A stretch of 64,000 nucleotides of DNA from Eledone cirrhosa (taxonomy: Eukaryota), in assembly GCA_964016885.1 (NCBI GenBank), contig OZ024754.1:13330001-13394000 (forward strand), written 5' to 3'. Under the pieces are notes generated by a model. That model worked only from the letters and a program-made list of their open reading frames with translations. It did no database searches and had not been told where the DNA came from. Made by a program: the position numbers and the translations under genes. Shown one piece after another: positions 58,623 through 64,000 of this stretch (position 1 is its first letter; every line of letters starts with the position of its first letter).

Positions 58623-59543
58623 ATGGCGGCTGCCAACTCGTTTTCGAGTACGGCCACTACTTTATATCCATGTAGGAGAACTCCTACCGATACGCTGAAC
58701 GAGTGTGACTTTTTAGCCCAGCCAGCCACTTGAAAACTCTGGTACAAACACTACACTTGTGACAATTATTGTCACATAGTGCTGGGCCCTTGGTACCATG
58801 TGACGACAAGTGCAGAGAGATCTCCAGATATAAAGCAATGCCTGTGCCGTGAAGCTTTATTAGTGAGCAAAGGCACTGCACAAAGCCAGTCCCACTCTCT
58901 TAACCAAGATGATATTTACCAAAAAGAAGAACAAGTCAACATCATTGGATGCCTTCAGGGTTGCAGGTGTTATATCAGAGTCTTCCCTCTCCTAGAATTC
59001 TGCCTTGATAAAGGCTAAGGGGTCATCTCTCTCGGTGATTCAAGACCTCCTTTGCCCTTTGACAGGTTTTGTTTTTAGTCTTGCAGGATGTCCAAAGTCA
59101 CCCTCCTCACCAAGAAACATTGGTGGGGTTGCCAGTTTAGTCGCCAACAACCCAACCATGAGACAGGTTGTACTGGGATACATGTTACCAGTAGCACCAA
59201 CTGGTGACCTGACATAAATACATACATACATACATACATACATGGTGGCTGCCAACTCGTTTTCGAGTACGGCCACTACTTTATATCCATGTAGGAGAAC
59301 GCCTACCGATGCGCTGACGAGTGTGACTTTTTAGTCCAGCCAGCGACTTGAAAACTCTGGTACAAACACTACACTTGTGACAATTACTGACACATAGTGC
59401 TGGGCCCATGGTACCATGTGACGACAAGTGCAGAGAGATCTCCAGATATAAAGCAATGCCTGTGCCGTGAAGCTTTTATAGTGGGCAAAGGCACTGCACA
59501 AAGCCAGTCCCATTCTCTTAACCAAGATGATATTTACCAAAAA
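58623..59543 (-). mobile_element. One full (58623-59214) and one truncated (59242-59543) bipartite RTE-like element in (CATA)n
   Basis: Colinear with 14724-15332 and 29668-30278; separated and flanked by (CATA)n. Confidence 0.7.
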
Positions 59544-59589
59544 CATACATACATACATACATACATACATACATACATACATACATACA

Positions 59590-59620
<31 letters not shown>

Positions 59621-60126
59621 GGAAGATATCCTGGTGATGACAAACCGAATCAAACCTTGGCAACTGCTTATCTCGAAAATACTTATTACAATAGATTACT
59701 TGTCAATGAATGTAGCCAATACAATAAGTAATAGAATACACTGTGAAGTACACACCAATATCATTTCACATAATTTAAAATCTGTGTTGTTTCCAATATT
59801 GAAATTAATACCTTATTGTTTGTTTGTCTGTTTATCTGTTTGTTTGTTCCTTTCTTTCTTGATTTTTTTTTTGTGTGTGGGGTGTTACTTGTTTTCTTTT
59901 TTAGTGTTTATCTGGGGGATTTTGTTTATTTTGTTTCGTTTTTTTTTTGTTAAGTTTTACTACTTCATTCCGAGTAAATGTGTGAAAAAGCCTTACTTTT
60001 CTCTTTTTTTTTCGTTAAAAGACTTCCAATATTTTAATGAATTCCTGCAGATTGTAGAGTTTCACAGTTGTTTCATATTGACTATGTTTACACTTTTAGC
60101 CGACATGCTGTGTTATCGCCATTGTT

Positions 60127-60885
60127 ATTATGTAATGGCGGTAACTCTAATGAGAGAGGTATGCTATTATGTAACGACAGTAACTCTAATTGGAGAGTTA
60201 CAGTCATTATCATTATGTAATGACAGTAATTCTAATGGGAGAGCTACATTCATTATTATTATGTAATGACAGTAACTCTAATGGGAGAGTTATGCTATTA
60301 TGTAATGGCAGTAACTCTAATGGGAGAGTTATGCTATTATGTAATGACAGTAACTCTAATGGGAGAGTTATGCTATTATGTAATGGCGGTAACTCTAATG
60401 GGAGAGTTATGCTATTATGTAATGGCGGTAACTCTAATGGGAGAGTTATGCTATTATGTAATGGCAGTAACTCTAATGGGAGAGTTATGCTATTATGTAA
60501 TGGCAGTAACTCTAATGGGAGAGTTATGCTATTATGTAATGGCGGTAACTCTAATGGGAGAGTTATGCTATTATGTAATGGCAGTAACTCTAATGGGAGA
60601 GTTATGCTATTATGTAATGGCAGTAACTCTAATGGGAGAGGTATGCTATTATGTAATGGCGGTAACTCTAATGGGAGAGTTATGCTATTATGTAATGGCA
60701 GTAACTCTAATGGGAGAGGTATGCTATTATGTAATGGCGGTAACTCTAATGGGAGAGTTATGCTATTATGTAATGGCGGTAACTCTAATGGGAGAGTTAT
60801 GCTATTATGTAATGGCGGTAACTCTAATGGGAGAGTTACCACCATTGTTATTATGTAATGACAGTAACTCTAATGGGCGAGTTAC
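60127..60885. repeat. 39-bp minisatellite with internal hairpin
   Basis: Unit TATGTAATGGC(A/G)GTAACTCTAATGGGAGAGTTATGCTAT; TAACTCT/AGAGTTA inverted repeat. Confidence 0.92.
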
Positions 60886-60899
60886 AACCATTGCATAAT

Positions 60900-61340
60900 G
60901 ATGGTGGGTCGTAGTGGTAGTGGTGGTTGTGGTGGGTCGTAATGGTGGTAGTGGTGGTGTTGGTGGTGGTGGTGGTTGTGTGGTGGTTGCAGTGGTGGTT
61001 GTAATGGTGATTGTGGTGGTGCTGGTCGTGATTGTGTGGTGGTTGTAGTGGTGGTCGTGATTGTGTGGTGGTGGTAGTGGTGGTTGCGGTGGTGCTGGCG
61101 GTGTTGTTGGTGGTGGTGCTGGTTGTGGTGTAGGTTGTAGTGGTGGTTGTTGTGGTGCTGGTTGTGCTGGTGGTGGTGGTGGTGGTGGTGGTGGTGGTGG
61201 TGGTGGAGGTTGTAGTGGTGGTTGTTGTGGTGCTGGCTGTGCTGGTGGTGGTGGTGGTGGTGCTGGTGCTGTTTGTGGTGGAAGTTGTAGTGGTGGTTGT
61301 TGTGGTGCTGGTTGTGCTAGTGGTAGTGGTGGTGGTGGTG
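60900..61340. repeat. (GGT)n-like low-complexity tract
   Basis: Direct inspection. Confidence 0.9.
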
Positions 61341-61710
61341 ACAATTGTAGTGATAGCAGCCGTGATGTGCCTTGGTGGACTATTTTAATCTATTGAGCAT
61401 TGTGTAGTCTATGGTAATTTAGTAAGTAAACAATAATATCTACGTTTGTCGAGGTCAATAAACTATCGGTAGTAATTGTATTAATGTTAACAAAGTAACT
61501 CACCAATTTTCTACCAAATTGAAGGTTTGTCTGTTACTTCTCCAACATGAACACACAATAACAGTTTGCACCCCAAAATAAACTCCTTTGATTTCCAGTA
61601 ATGTGAAAATCTTTATTCAACACAAATTTCATTTGAATTATATAATGTTGACAATAAACGAAATTAAATATAGTAAACAAGAGTATGGTCTAGGTGAACG
61701 GTTGTGGGAC

Positions 61711-62636
61711 GGAGTGACAGACTCTACACCCCAGTCTATGTGGTATATCTCAGCTGTGGTAGGGAGTGACAGACTCTACACCCCAGTCTAGGTGGTATAT
61801 CTCAGCTGTGGTAGGGAGTGACAGACTCTACACCCCAGTCTAGGTGGTATATCTCAGCTGTGGTAGGGAGTGACAGACTCTACACCCCAGTCTAGGTGGT
61901 ATATCTCAGCTGTGGTAGGGAGTGACAGACTCTACACCCCAGTCTAGGTGGTATATCTCAGCTGTGGTAGGGAGTGACAGACTCTACACTCCAGTCTAGG
62001 TGGTATATCTCAGCTGTGGTAGGGAGTGGTAGACTCTACACCCCAGTCTAGGTGGTATATCTCAGCTGTGGTAGGGAGTGACAGACTCTACACCCCAGTC
62101 TAGGTGGTATATCTCAGCTGTGGTATGGAGTGGTAGACTCTACACCCCAGTCTAGGTGGTATATCTCAGCTGTGGTAGGGAGTAGTAGACTCTACACCCC
62201 AGTCTAGGTGGTATATCTCAGCTGTGGTAGGGAGTGACAGACTCTACACCCCAGTCTAGGTGGTATATCTCAGCTGTGGTAGGGAGTGACAGACTCTACA
62301 CCCCAGTCTAGGTGATATATCCCAGCTGTGGTAGGGAGTGACAGACTCTACACCCCAGTCTAGGTGGTATATCTCAGCTGTGGTAGGGAGTGGTAGACTC
62401 TACACCCCAGTCTAGGTGGTATATCTCAGCTGTGGTAGGGAGTGATAGACTCTACACTCCAGTCTAGGTGGTATATCTCAGCTGTGGTAGGGAGTGACAG
62501 ACTCTACACCCCAGTCCAGGTGGTATATCTCAGCTGTGGTAGGGAGTGACAGACTCTACACCCCAGTCTAGGTGGTATATCTCAGCTGTGGTAGGGAGTG
62601 ACAGACTCTACACCCCAGTCTAGGTGGTATATCTCA
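61711..62636. repeat. 52-bp minisatellite, ~18 copies
   Basis: Unit GGAGTGACAGACTCTACACCCCAGTCTAGGTGGTATATCTCAGCTGTGGTAG. Confidence 0.95.
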
Positions 62637-62692
62637 AAAACGATATTGCCGCCATCGCCTCCGCTACAGTCGTCCTTCCAACCACCACCACC

Positions 62693-62724
<32 letters not shown>

Positions 62725-62904
62725 CAACAACATCTTTACCATTATCAACTTCATCATCGTCAACATGACCGCCACCATCATTATACTCATCATCATGATC
62801 ATCATCATCACCATCACCATCATAATCATCATCATCTCTCCCAACACAGACGCAATATTGCAGGTGACGTTGCCGCCATAGATGTAGTTACAACCAGCAG
62901 CACT

Positions 62905-62942
62905 ACCACCATCATCATCGTCATCGTCATCACCACCATCAC

Positions 62943-62982
<40 letters not shown>

Positions 62983-63069
62983 GTCCTCATCCGCATCACC
63001 ATCATCATCATCATCGTCATCGTCATCACCATCACCATCATCATCATCATCATCATCGTCCTCATCGTC

Positions 63070-63114
<45 letters not shown>

Positions 63115-63115
63115 G

Positions 63116-63153
<38 letters not shown>

Positions 63154-63154
63154 G

Positions 63155-63192
<38 letters not shown>

Positions 63193-63590
63193 GTCATCGT
63201 CATCACCATCATCATCATCATCATCATCATCACCACCATCACCATCACCACCACCATCACCATCATGGTCCACAACATCACCATCATCATCGTCGTCATC
63301 ATCACCACCATCATCATCACCACCACCATCACCATCATCACCATCATGGTCCACAACATCATCATCATCATCATCATCGACATCATCATCACCATCGTCA
63401 CCACCATCATCATCACCACCATCGTCACCACCATCATCATCGTCACCATCATCATCATCACCATCACCATCATCATCATCATGGTCCACAACATCATCAT
63501 CATCATCATCATCGACATCATCATCACCATCGTCACCATCATCATCATCACCATCACCATCGTCACCACCATCACCATCATCGTCGTCGT
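62905..63590. repeat. (CAT)n compound microsatellite
   Basis: Direct inspection. Confidence 0.92.
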
Positions 63591-63795
63591 AGTCGGTGTC
63601 GTTAACATCGATCCTCATCAATATACATAAAATGTCTTAGAAGTTATATAAGAGCAAGCTGTGTTAATCGTGAAACTGATACAGATGGCAGCGGATGTTG
63701 GCGGGGCGTGTTGTTATACGGGTTGCTTATACCAATATATCTGTCTGTGTGTGTATAAGTACATAATCGGTATAGAATTCATATATATATATATA

Positions 63796-63900
63796 GGAAA
63801 ATGTTTAACCCCGACGGCAGAGCTCAAGCCGTTTCGACGGCTATTTCCCGACTCTGGTGCGTTATGGTCCATCTGGTTCCTTACCACACTTCTTTCGTTA
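63796..63900 (+). mobile_element. ~105-bp (TA)n-embedded repeat (GGAA...TTCGTTA family)
   Basis: Shared 3' block with the 28152 and 58226 copies. Confidence 0.7.
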
Positions 63901-63905
63901 TATAC

Positions 63906-63936
<31 letters not shown>

Positions 63937-64000
63937 ATTATGTGTGTGTGTGTGTGTGAGTGTGTAAGTATCTTACTGGTATAGGATTCATATACATATA

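Noticed and set aside
61711-62636. Regular arrays (52-, 56-, 39-, 75-bp) as CRISPR
   Set aside because: Head-to-tail units with no unique spacers, no cas genes, and eukaryotic context.
62620-63621. Poly-Asp 333-aa ORF
   Set aside because: Translation of the (CAT)n tract; no splice or domain evidence.

Overview
Eukaryotic, AT-rich and extremely microsatellite-dense DNA with no recognisable host protein-coding exon. The SINE families and repeat landscape suggest a cephalopod (octopus-like) genome; this is an inference. Contents: an intact RLE-type (R4/Dong-like) non-LTR retrotransposon ORF (8520-11912) plus three related fragments sitting in or next to (TAA)n tracts; a full-length but disrupted L1/Tx1-like LINE (38378-44145) plus two ORF1-only relics; CR1/Jockey-like and CRE-like relics; many tRNA-derived SINEs; two non-autonomous Helitrons; a ~600-bp bipartite RTE-like non-autonomous family in (CATA)n/(TA)n; and five large minisatellites. 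The most striking signal is a set of short non-coding islands, mostly embedded in (TA)n tracts. They carry type I hammerhead ribozyme motifs (CUGANGA-stem II-GAAA-very short, often palindromic stem III-NUH) from at least six unrelated sequence families. Several are arranged as inverted repeats or partial tandem repeats, and several share an AATAAA just after the ribozyme and a TTGAGTAC box near the 3' end. This resembles Penelope-like pseudo-LTRs or retrozymes. Folds were paired by eye and coordinates counted by hand, so expect errors of a few bases.
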